Shown: positions 36,850-50,202, numbered from the stretch's first letter. The stretch is DNA of 64,000 nucleotides from Octopus bimaculoides (GCF_001194135.2 NC_068981.1:158274269-158338268); one strand, 5' to 3'. Notes: a model not told the origin generated them from the letters alone. Numbers and translations: made by a program.

Positions 36850-37118
36850 TGGTGACTGAAAGGAAGGTGGCATTCCTTTTTCTGTTTTTAAATGTTTATC
36901 AGTATTTTCAGAGTAGACTGATGCATACACTGAAAGAAAAGTAGATACATACGTACATACATACAGTGTTAAATTAAAAGTGGGAAAGAGGAAGTGAGAC
37001 AGAAAGAGAGACGGTGAGTGGTAACTGAAAGGAAGGTAGCGTTCATGTTCTGTTTCTTAATGTTTATCAGTATTTCCAGAGTAGATTGATACATACATTG
37101 AAAAAAAAGTAGATACAT
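36849..37118. repeat. Local tandem duplication (~168-bp period)
   Basis: GAGTGGTRACTGAAAGGAAGGT.GC.TTC...AATGTTTATCAGTATTT.CAGAGTAGA.TGAT.CATACA.TGAAA.AAAAGTAGATACATA at ~36849 and ~37017. Confidence 0.85.
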
Positions 37119-38186
37119 AGATATAGAGGCACTTTGTTAAATCAAAGACAAATAACTACAACAAATATTGGATGTCACTTTCACTTTTCATTACCACACA
37201 AGGATAAAATTAACATGCAAGTGGCTGAGTACTCCACAGACATGCATACCATTAACGTAGTTCTCAGGGAAATTCAGCCTCACACAGAATGTGACAAAGC
37301 TGGTCCCTTTGAATTACAGCTACAACTCCTTTTGGCCAGCTGAGTGGACTGGAGCAAGATAAACCTTCAAGTTGTTGGAAGAAAAAGAATAAAGATCCTA
37401 TATTGGGGCAGGAAAATCCTTTTAGTTGTTAGGGTCACTATGGGTGTTAAACTGATCATAACAGTGGCATTCATGAGTCTTACAGATCTGGAGGCCAAGT
37501 TCCTAGATAAACACCAATGCGCAGGCTATTATTATCAAACTGAGCATGAGTTGAGGGTGAAGTCACTACATGACGGAATAGCAACTATATCACTGCTTAT
37601 ACAAAACACAACATTTTTGCCGTTTGATATGGAACAATTCCTTTTCTTTCACTCTTTTTAAAAAATGGCTCTCCATCTCTCACAACAATGAGGTTCCTGT
37701 TTATCTGATCAATGGAACAGTCTGCTCGTAAAATTAATGCACAAGTGACTGAATACTCCATAGACATGCATACCATTAATGTAGTTCTCAAGGAGATTCA
37801 GCCTCACACAGAATGTGACAAGGTTGGCCCCTTTGAATTACAACTACAACTCATTTTTGCCAGCTGAGTGAACTGCAGCAAGGTGAAATAGAGTGCCTTG
37901 TGCAAGAACACAGCACGTCATCAGGAATCATACTCATGATTTTATGATCATGGGCTGAATACCCCTAACCACTGAGCCATGTACCTTTACTCTCTTAACC
38001 ATTGAGAAAAGGAGTCAAGTGATAGAGACAGGGAAAGGAAAACCTCAGTCATTTAAGATGACAATTAGACTGAATTACGATTGATCTTTTCTAGCTTCTT
38101 TACTTTTAACAATGAAGAAGTGGGAAAGAGATTTAGTAATGAATAGAGGGAAAATCTTCCATGTTTCTTTATCAGGCATGTTTAAC

Positions 38187-38268
38187 GTTTTCTCTACAAA
38201 CTACAAACAAGCCCCACTCCCTTCCTTGTTTTCTCTACAAACTACAAACAAGCCCCACTCCCTTCCTT
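38187..38268. repeat. Perfect 41-bp tandem duplication
   Basis: GTTTTCTCTACAAACTACAAACAAGCCCCACTCCCTTCCTT twice. Confidence 0.95.
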
Positions 38269-38919
38269 GCAAATTTCAAACTGGGTATAGCTGTGAAAAG
38301 AGCTCAGAAAAATGGGTAATATCCACAACAGTATGGGTGGAGCAGAAAAGTTGGCAACAAGTGGCTACATGAAATTAAACTCTATAGAGTGTCTTCTACT
38401 ATAGCCTCAGACCGACCAAAGCCTTGTGAGTGGATTTGGTAGATGGAAACTGAAAGAAGCCCATTGTATATATGTGTGTGTCTGTGTTTTCATCCCCATA
38501 ACTTAGCGGTTTGGCTAGATGCCCTTCTTAATACCAACCATTTAACAGAATGTGCTGAGTACTTTTTACATGCCACTGGCACAAGTGCATTTATGTGGCA
38601 CCAGCATGGGTGCCTTTTAAGTCACACTGGCATCTGAAGGACAAGCCTGTATGTGTGGAAGACAGTGATTTTACTTAGCTTGATGCATCTTATCAAGTAC
38701 AGCAAATCACCACATCTCCTGGTCCTTTGTCATTTCCTCAATGCTCAATGTGTTGGACTTAGAATTGTGAAGTTGTGAGTTTGACTCTTGTACTGAACAG
38801 CACATTTAATCCCTGATTTTTTTTACTTACTGAGTCTGGAAGAAGAGGCAGGACACATGACTCATGCAGGCCCTCTGAGATTGGAGAATTAATGCTATTA
38901 ATGTTTCATTTGAGCTGTT

Positions 38920-39340
38920 GCAAGTCAATACCACTGGAAAAACGTGAATGGGGAGGAGATTCTAGAAGACTGGTGATCTTGGGAAGAAGGAGGGGACCTA
39001 ATGGTTAATGTGGGGAAAGTGGGATTGGACACACCCAAGGGTAATGAGAGATGTGTGAGTTGAGGGTACCTGAGTGGAGGAGGTATGAAGCAAGCCAACT
39101 CCAAGAAGTATATGCCATTATAGTAACAATAGAAACGACAGAGAGAGGAGACAGTATGTCTGTAAAACAAAGGCTGGAGTGTTTCCTATGGTGATGAAGT
39201 ACCAATCAGCAGTGTGGCCCTTCTCTGGATACAATCCAGGATGTGTAAGCAGTACTCTGTTGTTGGCATCACTTTACCCTTGTGAAGTGTCAACATCTGT
39301 TGGGAGCTGGAATATCTTCTGGTCCTAAAGAGGTCTGAAA
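38920..39340 (-). mobile_element. CR1/L2-group LINE 3' ORF2 remnant
   Basis: SSLCRFYCYYNGIYFLELACFIPPPLRYPQLTHLS resembles the CR1 C-terminal LFYRYY.G.CSSEL..LIPP motif. Confidence 0.6.
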
Positions 39341-39834
39341 ATAAATGTCAGCAGCAGTAGTTAAGAGTTAACCTTGTGATTGACTGGTGTTCCATTCAGA
39401 AAGGAGTTTTGTGATCGCAATTAACTGCCTAAGAAGCTGAGATAAGCTCAATCAAATGAATCAGTAGGCTCCAGACAGACTTTAATTATACAAAATTAAG
39501 AAATGAAGGCCAATTTTCAAAATAAAAATGTTTATTAATTAAAAATAAAATAGAATATTACAAACTTCTTATTTATATTTTTGCAACAGTGAATGAGGAG
39601 AAATAATTTGGTGGTACAAAAGGGTGATTGATGTAAAATGTGAGTGGAGAGGATTGCAGTAAAATGAAAGCTGGATATTTAGTGAAATAGTTCCAGATAG
39701 TGAGAAAGGTAAGTGCCATCAGGGAAAAAACGATGAAGAGTGCAATTCTACTCACAATTTCAGAACCAGGACACTGAGGCTTGAGATATTATATATAGTG
39801 TGGATAGTTTCAGGAGGAAAGAGGGTAAGGGGTC

Positions 39835-40620
39835 CAGTTGTGCTTATATATACTCATTGTGCTTCCACAATGGCCAGGTCTTCTGGAGCACCACATATCG
39901 CCAGTCATTCTAGTCCTTTGTCCTCTCCTCCATGAGGTTCAAAGTCCTGAGTTCAATCTTCACCACTTCATCTTATGTCTTCCTGAGTTTCCCTCTTCTG
40001 TAAGTTTTATCCATGTCATGTGATTAGTGCTTCTTAATGCAGTTGTCCTTGTCCATATGCATTACTTGTCCTTACCAGCACAGCTTTCTTGCACACTACA
40101 TCTGATCCATTTTATGACTACTTTTTCTTATGTTATTTATGTAAAATTACATTGCACATCCAATAGAACATGCTAGCTTAATTTCTTTCCAGTCTTCTCA
40201 AGCCCTCTACATTCACAGCCCATGTTTCATTTTCATGCAGCATCATAGTTCTAATATGAATGTCCTACAATCTGCTCTTCCATCTGAAGGAAAAGACCTT
40301 TGTTGCCAGCAGTGGTAGTAGCTCCTGAACTTTTTCAACCCATTCTTATTCTAGCTACTGTACTTTCAGAGCAACCACCTTCCTGTTAATTTTATTTCCT
40401 AGATAACATAAGCTATCAACTATTTCTAGTGAACCATCAGGACATTTAAAAGAATCTATTTCCGGTGTATAGTACATGGTGCTCCAGCACATCTGTCACA
40501 TATGAGGCTTAATTTTTCTGACAGTCTACCTGTGATGCCACAATAGATTTTGTGTGTCCATAGTTTACATTGAGTAGTGTACAGAGTTTACATCAACTCC
40601 TTTTCTACATACTGAGAATG
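39835..40620 (-). mobile_element. Decayed RTE LINE 3' part
   Basis: Degenerate homology to 34500-35340 and 46500-47200 (the GDxxSSGGGCSESxxARIRIGWxKF and RGRPRKTWxEVV regions). Confidence 0.65.
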
Positions 40621-41565
40621 GCCATTCTTCTAAAGAACAAAAAAAGTACTGAGGTCAATTCATTTGACTAAAAATTCTTTAAGGCAGTGCTCCTGCACGG
40701 TTGCAGTCTAATGACTGAAACAAGTTAAAAATAAAAGGTATGCATAATCTTATATCAAATCTGTTGAGCAGATCATTTCTAGCAGTATTAACAGTAACAA
40801 AATCCATGTTAGCTAGTATGTCTTATCAAAAGCCACCAAATAACCTTGTTTGTAATACCCAGTCACATAAGTGACTGGGTATTAAAATGAATATTGATGC
40901 TTGACGACATAGCTTAATTGAAAATGTTTCATCAAAGAATATTTAGAAATGAAAGTATTCAATAATGTGAGTCACTATTGGAAAGAAGTGTTTAATTATG
41001 AAAGTATTGTTCAACACTGTACCATCTTTTTACAACTATAAAATGGGACATTACTTAGACCTTTTTAAACTTAACATTATTTCCCGCCTAATTCAGTTGT
41101 TCTCTCTCCACATAACTATCAGATTATGAAGCAAATGGCTCAGTGGGCACTATATAGACAACATTCACTACGTCAAAAGTGACCTAGATTACTGTCAATA
41201 TCTATTTCAATGTTTGAATGAATATGTTCTCATTTGTATGGGTGTATCCATGCATTTGATTTCTTTTTTCTATATGTATTGTATACCTATGTGTATTATG
41301 AACAAAAATATAGTGATAAATCTGTCAGTATACATATATATATATATATATATATCAATCATCATTTAATATCCACTTTCCATGCTGGCATGAGTTGGAT
41401 GGTTTGATGGGAGTTGGCTAGGCAGACGACTGCACTATGCTTTGCTGTCTGTTTTGATAGGGATTTTATAGCCGGATGCCCCGTCTTAGTACCAACCACT
41501 CCACAGAGTGGACTGAGTGAGTTTTATCACAACAAACCATAGGTAATTACTATTATTATTATTAT

Positions 41566-42480
41566 AGGTGGAAAGCTGGTAGAATCATTAGTGTGTTGGA
41601 TGAAAAGCTTAGTGGTATTCCTTCTGGTTTTACATTCTGAGTTCAAATGCTACTTGGGTCAACTTTATCTTCCATCCTTCTGAGGTCAATAAAATAAATA
41701 CCAGTTGAGTACTGGGGTTGATGTATTCAACCTACTCCCTCCCCTAAAACCTGCTGGCCTTGTGCTAAAATTTGAAAGCATAATTATTATCATTATTAAG
41801 GTGGCAAGTTGGCAGAAATCATTAGCATGCTGGGCAAAATGCTTAGTGACATTTCATTCATCATTACATTCCAAGTTCAAATTCTGCTGATGCCAAATTT
41901 GCCTTTCATGCTTTTGGAGTTAATATAATAAGTAGCAGTTGAGCACTGGGGTTGATACAATCAACTGACCACCTCCCATGAAAGTCTGGCCTTATGCCAA
42001 AACTTGAAACCATTATTAAGATAGTGAGCTGGCAAAATTATTAGCACATTGGATGCAATGCTGAGTGGCATTTCTTCTTGCTTTTTACACTCTGAGTTCA
42101 AATTCCACCAAGGTCAACTTTGCCTTTCATTCTTTCAGGGTCAATAAAATAAGCACCAATTAAGTACTAAAGTCAATGAAAGCAATTAGCTTACATCTCC
42201 CTAAATTTCAGGCCTTGTGCCAAAAATTGAAACATTTATTATTATTATTATTAATATTATTATTATTATTATTAAGGTGGTGAGCTGACAGAATAGCCTG
42301 GAGGCAATGCTTAGCGGCATTTCTTCTCACTCAACATTCTGAGTTCAAATTCTGCCAAGGTCAACTTTGTCTTTCATCATTTTGGGGTTGATAAATTAAG
42401 TACCAGTCACATACTACGGTCGATCTAATCAACTGGTCCCCTCCTCCAAAATTTCAAACCTTGTGTCTAGAGTAGAAAAG

Positions 42481-42513
<33 letters not shown>

Positions 42514-43735
42514 GTGGTGAGCTGGCAGAATTGTTAGCATGCTGGATGGAATGCTTAGCGGTATTTCACCTGTCGCTAAGTTCTGAGGTTGACTTGGCCT
42601 TTCATCCTTTCAGGGTCAGTAAATTAAGTACCAGTGAAATACTAGGGTCAATGTAATCGATTAGTACCCTCCCTCAAAATTTCAGGCTTTGTGCCTATAA
42701 TAGAAAAGATTCTTATTATTATCATTAAGGTGGCGAGCTGGCAGAATTGTTAGTACACTGGTGAAATGCTTGGCAGTATATTGTCTGTTGTTACATTCTG
42801 AGTTCAAATTCTGCTAAGGTTGACTTTGCCTTTCATCCTTTTAGGGTTGATAATTTAAGTACTAGCTGAGTACTACGGTTGAGGTAATCAACTTAACCCC
42901 TCCCCGAAAATTTCAGGTCTTGTGCTTATAGTAGAAAGGATTATTATTATTATTATTATTATTAATATTAAGGTGGTAAGCAGACAGAATTGTTATCATG
43001 CTGGACAAAATGCTTAGTGGCATTTCTTCCAGTTTTATGTTCTGAGTTCAAATGTCACTAATATTGACTTGGTCTTTCATCTTTTTGGGGGTCAATAAAA
43101 TAAGTTGGGCACTGGAGTCAACATTATTGTCTAGTCCCCTTCCTCTAAAATTTCAGGCTTTGTAGCTGTAGAATTATTATTATTATTATTATTAATAATT
43201 CCACCGAGGTCGACTTTGCCTTTCATCCTTTCAGGATCGATAAATTTAGTACCAGTGAGACACTGGGATTGATGTAATTGACTAGTCCCCTCCCCACAGT
43301 TCGAGGCCTTGTGCCTCCAGTAGAAAGGATTATTATTATTATTATTAATGGTAAGTTATAAGACAGTGAGCTGGCAGAATTGTTAGAATGTTGGGTAAAA
43401 TGTTTAGTGACAGTTTGCCCACCTTTATGTTCTGAGTTCAAATTTCACCAAGGCCAACTTTGCCTTTCATCCTTTCAAGTTGATAAAATAAGTATCAATT
43501 GAGCACTAAGAGTAATTTAACTGACTTAGAGTTCTCCTGAAATTGCTGACCTTGTGCCAAAATTTGAAACCATTATTAATGGCAAGGTGGTGAGTTAGTA
43601 GAATCATTAGAATATTAGAAAATAAAAAAATGCCTTGCTATACTTCTTCTGACTCTTTACAAAGAGAGTTCAAATCTTGCCAAAGTTAACTTTACCTTTC
43701 ATCCTTCTAGGGTCAATAAAATAAAGTACCAGACC
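41566..43735 (+). mobile_element. Head-to-tail array of about 10 SINE family B copies separated by (ATT)n tails
   Basis: Heads at about 41566, 41799, 42020, 42277, 42513, 42729, 42971, 43199 (5'-truncated), 43365, 43585; each ~220-250 bp with the GTCRACTTTGCCTTTCATCCTTT core. Confidence 0.9.
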
Positions 43736-45829
43736 TTGCATATTTCTTTTGTAGAAACCACACAGCTGTAAGCAAGCATTTAGGCCAGGTCTATAGAGTG
43801 TGGATAACTTCCTCTTTCCCCCAGTTTTGAAGGTTCTGATAAAGGTCATGAAAACTGCCTGTCTTCCTGACTTAGTCATGTAAAAAGATAGTCATCAAAT
43901 GTCTGATTTTTAAACATCTAAATGTCAGATGAATTGTTGATAATAAGACGATAAATTTTCCAAATTATTAACCTCATTTTTACAGTGGATATTTAAAATA
44001 TCTACTTTTACAAAATGTTTCAGTTTCCAGTTGACATCAAGTATCTAATTCCAAGTTATGTACATTGTCCCAGACTGAATTTGAACTTGGAATCTACATT
44101 TCTAAACAAAAGTTGATAATGTTGTTATAAGCTACAAGACTAATTGTTCTTGTGACAAGGAAAGAAAATATTTTTATTAAATGATAACAAGGCTATTACA
44201 TTGCAACATAAAACAAAGTATTTATTTTTGCAAAGGTCTGCTATGAAAGTGGCGCTGAATAACTTCTGTCACCACATCACACTCCCTAATTTCATATGGC
44301 ACACAGCTCTCATTGCAAATGTCAACCCTATCACCTATTAACAGTTCCAAACTTTGCTGATATTTATGATTTCAGAGTTAGTGAATTTATAAACAGCTCA
44401 TCTCCTGTTCACTCCCTACCCCCCATCTCTCCTTAGACATGCTCTTCTCTTCCAGAGGACAAGACTTAATCACATCTGTTATTTATCACAAGACTTTCCC
44501 TACCCTCATAAATATATGTCATAGATAAATGCTGCAAAGTATTTTAGATGGCACAGTGGTTGTTTTATTAGCAACTGTTCATATGAAGCACACACACGTG
44601 CATGCAAATACACACCCACATATATTCAAACATATGTACGCACACGCATACACACACATCTGCTTAAGTGTATGGACAGAATATATATGAAGACAATTAC
44701 ACACATGCTTTCTCTCATTTGGGTACACAACTAACACTAGTGATTATACATGTATGTGCAAAATTAGAGATGTATGTGTGTTTGTGAAAGTATGTGTATT
44801 TTTCTTTTACTTTTTATTTATCAGCTGACTGTGGCTATGCCTTAGTCAAACAAATTAACCCCAGTACTAATAGTCTCTTTTGTTGAATCACTAAGTTACA
44901 GGGATGTAAACCAATACTGGTGGTCAAGTGATGGTGAGGGACAAACTCATATATAAAAACAAACATACATATATTCATATATATGGCTGGCATCTTTTGG
45001 TTTCCATCTACCAAATCAACTCACAAGGCTTTGATTAGCCCAGGGCTATTGTAGAAGACATTTGCGCAAGGTACCATACAGTGGGACTGAACCTGGAACA
45101 ATGTGGTTGGGAAGCAAGCTTCTTACCGCACAGCCATGCTATTTATGTTCATGCATGAACATGCCTTCTTATTAAACCATATTCACAAATGCACATACAA
45201 ATCACTAATTTCATACATGTTCTGTCCAAAGTTTTCCCTTTTCTAGATCTTTTCCCCATACTGAAGAATTGTTTTTCTGCTCTTTCAGATTTCTTCTCAA
45301 ACCATGATCTAGATATCATTTCCCAAATGATAAATGAAACAGCTGAGTTTTGATGTTTGTTTATCCCCAGATCAGCCCTGACAGCACATCTATGGTTAAG
45401 CAGGTTTCTACTGTTGTCTTCTCATTCCTCCCAACCCAGACATTATATAGGACTAAGCGCTATTCAATGTGTTCTATCTATTTAAAAAAAAATTGTAGGA
45501 TGTAATTTGGCTGCTATTTCTGATGAGTTAAACAACTACGTAGAGGTCCTTCATTGGCTTTTTGTAGTTGTAACTATTATTGCTTAGACCGAGATCACTT
45601 CTTTATCCATGATAGGAGGCATGGTTGTCTGGTTAAGAATTTTACTTTCCAACTATGGGTTTTGAGTTCAGTATAACACCTTGGATGTCTCTTCTACAAC
45701 AGCCCTGGGTCAAACAAAGTCTTGTGAGTGGTTTTGGTAGACTAAAACTAAAAGAAGCCTATTGTCTACATATACATGTGAAACTATAATGGAAATCTTT
45801 TTTAGCAAATATATATATATATATCATCA

Positions 45830-47210
45830 TACATACATCATCGATTAACATCTGCTTTCCATGCTGGCATGGGTTGGACGATTTGACTGAAGACTGGCAA
45901 ACCAGATGGCTGCACCAGGCTCCAATCTGATCTACAGCTGAATGCCCTTCCTAACGCCAACCACTCCAAGAGTGTAGTGGGTGCTTTTACGTGCCACCGG
46001 CACGAGGGCCAGTCAGGCAGTACTGGCAATGGCCACACTCAAATGGTGATTTTTATGTGCCATCTGCACAGGAGCCAGTCCAGGGGCACTGGCAACGACC
46101 TTGCTCAAATGTTTTTTCACGTGCCAGTAAGGTGACACTGGTAACGATCACGCTCAAATGGTGCTTTTTATGTGCCACCTGCACAGAAGCCAGACAGCTG
46201 CTCTGTCAATGATCATGCTCGGACAGTGCTATTAGCGCTCCAGTGGCACAGGTGCCAGTCACCGAATTTGGTTCAATTTTGATTTCGATTTCACTTGCCC
46301 CAACAAGTTTTCACAAGCAGAGTTTAGTGTCCACTGAAGGAAAGGTTGGCATGGGTGCCAGTCATCAAATTTGGTTCAATTTCGATTTCACGTGCCTCGA
46401 CAGGTCTTCGCAAACAGAGTTTAGTGTCCAATGAAGGAAAGGTATGCATAAGTGGGCTGGCTACACTCCTGGCAAAGGCTATGGGTTATGGTCTCACTTG
46501 GCTTGCCGGGTCTTCTTATGTACAGCATATTTCCAAAGGTCTCAGTCACAAGTCATTGCCTCGGTGAGTCCTAATGTTTGAAGGTCATGCTTCACCACCT
46601 CATCCCAGGTCTTCCTGGGTTTACCTCTTCCACAGGTTCCCTCAACTGCTAGGGTGTGGCACTTTTTCACACAGCTATCCTCATCCATTCTTGCCACATG
46701 ACCATACCAGCGCAATCGTCTCTCTTGTACATCACAACTGATGCTTCTTAGGTCTAACTTTTCTCTCAAGGTACTTACACTCTGTCGAGTATGCACATTG
46801 ACATTTTAAATCCATCAGAGCATACTGGCTTCATTTCTTGCGAGCTTATGCATGTCCTCAGCAGTCACGGCCCATGTTTCACTGCCATGTAGCATGGCTG
46901 TTCGTACACATGCGTCATACAGTCTGCCTTTTACTCTGAGCGAGAGGCCCTTTGTCACCAGTAGAAGTAAGAGCTCTCTGAACTTTGCCCAGGCTATTCT
47001 TATTCTAGCAGTTACACTTTCAGTGCACCCTTCCCCACTACTGACTTGGTCACCTAGTTAATGGAAGCTATCGACTGCTTCTAGTTTTTCTCCCTGGAAT
47101 GTGGTAGAAGTTCTTCTCTGCACATTTTCAGTTTTTATTGCTCCTGGGCATCTGCCACATACAAAAACTATCTTCCTAGTTAACCTTCCTTTGATATTGC
47201 TGCACTTCTG
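45830..47210 (-). mobile_element. RTE LINE, 5'-truncated, with expanded 3'-UTR tandem units
   Basis: CSNIKGRLTRKIVFVCGRC...GEKLEAVDSF, QERRLRWYGHVARMDEDSCVKKC...GKPRKTWDEVVKHDL; UTR 45830-46520. Confidence 0.92.
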
Positions 47211-48199
47211 GTTTTTGGAAATATGGGGAAAAGTAAACAGTAATGGTACATCAAGATGTAACGGAAATCTCAGGCAAAAACCTGGTTCAAATACTTGCAA
47301 TGGAGCAAACTCTGATAAAGACACCCATGGGCCAGGTGGTAGAGTTGCATATGGAATGATGAATATGGAATGACTACTCAGAAAGAAAGAAAGAAAAAAA
47401 AAGGTTTGTAATATGAAAGACTGTTGCAACAATATGCAAATGTTAAAATTTGAAAAAAAAAAAAACACCCATTTCACCTAAGCACTGTCGAAAAAAGAAA
47501 GAATCAGTTAAAAAAATTAGGAAAAAGTATTTTCTCATTCAGTCCACACATTTGCAAAATATCATAGACTGGCCTTATCTGTTTAATAACATGGTTCCCA
47601 TCACATATTTACAGGCAGAATTAACAACAACAACAATAATAATAACCCAACCAAACCCACGCAGGCTGCATGGAACTGGAGCAATCATTTTGATTAATGG
47701 TTGTTAATTGGATGTAGCAGAATCAGATACTTCCTGCAGTGACCTTTATATTTCAACATAATAAAAACACAATAAAGATTTCAGCATATTAAGGAAAATA
47801 TTTCTGGTTGTGTAATTTGAATTTATTTTAAAAAAAGAAAGAAAATTTTTTTAAAATATAACAAGAAGGAAAAAAGAATCTTTAATTTACAAGTAAAAAA
47901 AATAAATATGGCAGATGATCAAAATGTTCTCTTTTCTTTTTTTCCATAAATGTATAGCTGTATATATCATAGCATTTTGGACATTTTGTTATTGGCTGGG
48001 TCAGGAGGAAAGGGGAGAAGTAAAGAAATGGTGTGTGCGCATGTGTGTGTGTGGGAGAGAGAGAGAGAGAAAGAGAAATCGGATGAGCATGAATAGTGAA
48101 TAAGTGAGAGGGAGGAAAGGAAGGAGAAAGTAAAAGCGAACAAGAGGAGAAAGAGAGAGTAAAAACGAAATAGTAAAAGAATATGAATATAGGCAAAAA

Positions 48200-48380
48200 G
48201 GTAGAAAATGTGGAGAGAAAGAGAAAGGGGGGGAGACAGAGAGAATGAGAGAGAGAGAAAGAGGGGGGAGACAGAGAGAAGGAGAGAGAGAGAAAAAAAA
48301 AGGGGGGGGAGACAGAGAGAAGGAGAGAGAGAGAAAAAAAAAGGGGGGGGGAGACAGAGAGAAGGAGAGAGAGAGAGTGT
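48200..48380. repeat. Purine-rich (GA/G-run) minisatellite, ~40-bp units
   Basis: AAAGRGGGGGAGACAGAGAGAAGGAGAGAGAGAG repeated 3-4 times. Confidence 0.85.
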
Positions 48381-48590
48381 AAAAGAAATTACTGAGATAA
48401 AAAATAGAAAGTTTAGTGGTGAAGTAAAAATCCAGAAAGGGAACTAGGCAGAACGTGAGAGGGGTGGGGGTGAATATAAAGAATTTAAAAAAAAAGGAAA
48501 GAGAAAGAATAAGACAGTGAGTATGTGTTACAAAAAGACAATTTCGCTCTTAAAGATTTGTTATATAAGATGTCTAATGACTGTCTTTCA

Positions 48591-48808
48591 TATCTTGCTA
48601 ACATCAGTGCCTGCAAATCAACTACTTTCCAGGTGCCTACTCTTCATGACACCAAAACACCACTGCAAACGGTCGGCTACTTGTCTGCTCCCATTCATCA
48701 TGACACCAAAACACCACTGCCAGCTGTCAGTTACTTGTTTCTTGCTTACACTCCAAGGCACCAGAACACCACTGTCAGCTGTCAGCTGCTGCTTATTTCC
48801 TCAATGAT
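48591..48808. repeat. Degenerate 54-55-bp tandem repeat overlapping the NOPCHAP1 stop codon
   Basis: CATGACACCAAAACACCACTGC at 48645 and 48699, CAAGGCACCAGAACACCACTGT at 48754, and a more diverged unit near 48591. Confidence 0.85.
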
Positions 48809-48958
48809 TGGTTTTTCTGGTTTTGATTTGCTGCCAGCTTTATTACGTCGGATATTACTTTCGTTCACTTCCCCATAGCATTGATCATCTTCACTGCCAT
48901 CATCCACCTCATCAGAGTCACATGACGATGAGCCTTCATACTCAAACATTCCTAAACT
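48782..48958 (-). CDS. NOPCHAP1: NOPCHAP1 homolog, terminal coding exon
   Basis: ctttttttttattgtag|AGT TTA GGA ATG TTT..., 59 codons: SLGMFEYEGSSSCDSDEVDDGSEDDQCYGEVNESNIRRNKAGSKSKPEKPIIEEISSS*. Phase 0 matches the upstream donor. The acidic tract, EVNESNI and IIEEI parallel the human DVALF-acidic-EVTIDNIKL-KIEVL layout. Not in the supplied ORF track. Confidence 0.85.
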   Translation of the reverse strand, partial: SLGMFEYEGSSSCDSDEVDDGSEDDQCYGEVNESNIRRNKAGSKSKPEKPIIEEISSS

Positions 48959-50202
48959 CTACAATAAAAAAAAAAGAAAAGAATAACAAGGACGTCATTG
49001 ATGATATTAATGCTGATGATGGTGATGACAATAATGTTGATAATGATGATGATGATGATGATAATGATTTCTTTTGACTTGACACAAAATGTGTGTGTAT
49101 GTGTATGTGTGTGTGTGTGCATGTAGATAGATGGATAGATAGACAGACAGACAGACAGACAAATAGACAGACAGACAGACAGGCTCTTTTGATACCTAAG
49201 ACCACCCTTGGTTCCTTGATACAAACTTCTATCCAAATTTCATGCTGATGGTCCAAACACCAGCTTAATAATGGTTTCAAATTTTGGCACAAGACTAGCA
49301 TTTTTGGAGAAGGGGTTAAATCACATCAAACCCCAATGCTCAACTGGTACTTATTTTATCGACCCCACTAAAAGGATGAAAGATAAAGTTAACTTCAGAA
49401 GAATTTGAACTTAGAATGTGAAGTCAGACAAAATGCCACAAACCATTTTGCCTGGGATGCTAACAATTCTATCACCTCACTGTCTTAGTTTAATAATGGC
49501 AAAGTTTAATAATGGTAAAGTTATTCCACTAAATTCTTTGTTAGCTTTTAACTCTTTCATCACCATTTTTCTGTTAAAATACACTGCCTTTTTTTCAATT
49601 AATTTTGAAAATAATGAAAAATTATTAAAATAACTCTGACATGATTCAGCTGGGGTTTGGAACATAAATTAACAGGAAATTTCAAATCAACATTGGAATA
49701 TTATTGATTGAAATGAAATAAACTTTAAAATGTACTTTATTGACCTAGAGTAAACAACTTGACCATAGTAGGATTTGAACTCAGAACAGTAAGTTGTAAG
49801 ATAGCATAAAACATCAAAGATGAATCTCTCTCCCATTTATATTATCATCAAATAATCTTATAGTACACATCAACTTTACAGATCCAGTCACTAACTATAC
49901 AGTGGGTGCTCTGTAATACACTTAACAGGAGATAAATATATTACACATATCTTATGAAAAGATTACAAAAACAGTTTGGCAGCCTTCACTCAGAATCAAC
50001 AATAATACATACTTATATATCTAGATCAGAAGTGCAGGCATATCTGTGTGGCTATGAAGTTTGTTTTGCAATCATGTGGTTTTTGGTCCAGTCCTTTTAT
50101 GTGACGTTTTGGCAAGTGTCATTTATTATAGCCCTAGGGGTGAATGATGCTTTGTGAGTGAATTTGGAAGACAGAAGTTGAATAAATGAGAGAGAGAGAG
50201 AG

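Noticed and set aside
41566-43735. Repeat array as CRISPR or satellite
   Set aside because: Eukaryotic context; the units are ~230-bp diverged SINEs with (ATT)n tails, not short repeats with unique spacers.
48525-48878. Plus-strand ORF with repeated HDTKTPL motifs
   Set aside because: It is the antisense reading of the NOPCHAP1 last exon and its 54-bp tandem repeat (54 is a multiple of 3); there is no independent support.
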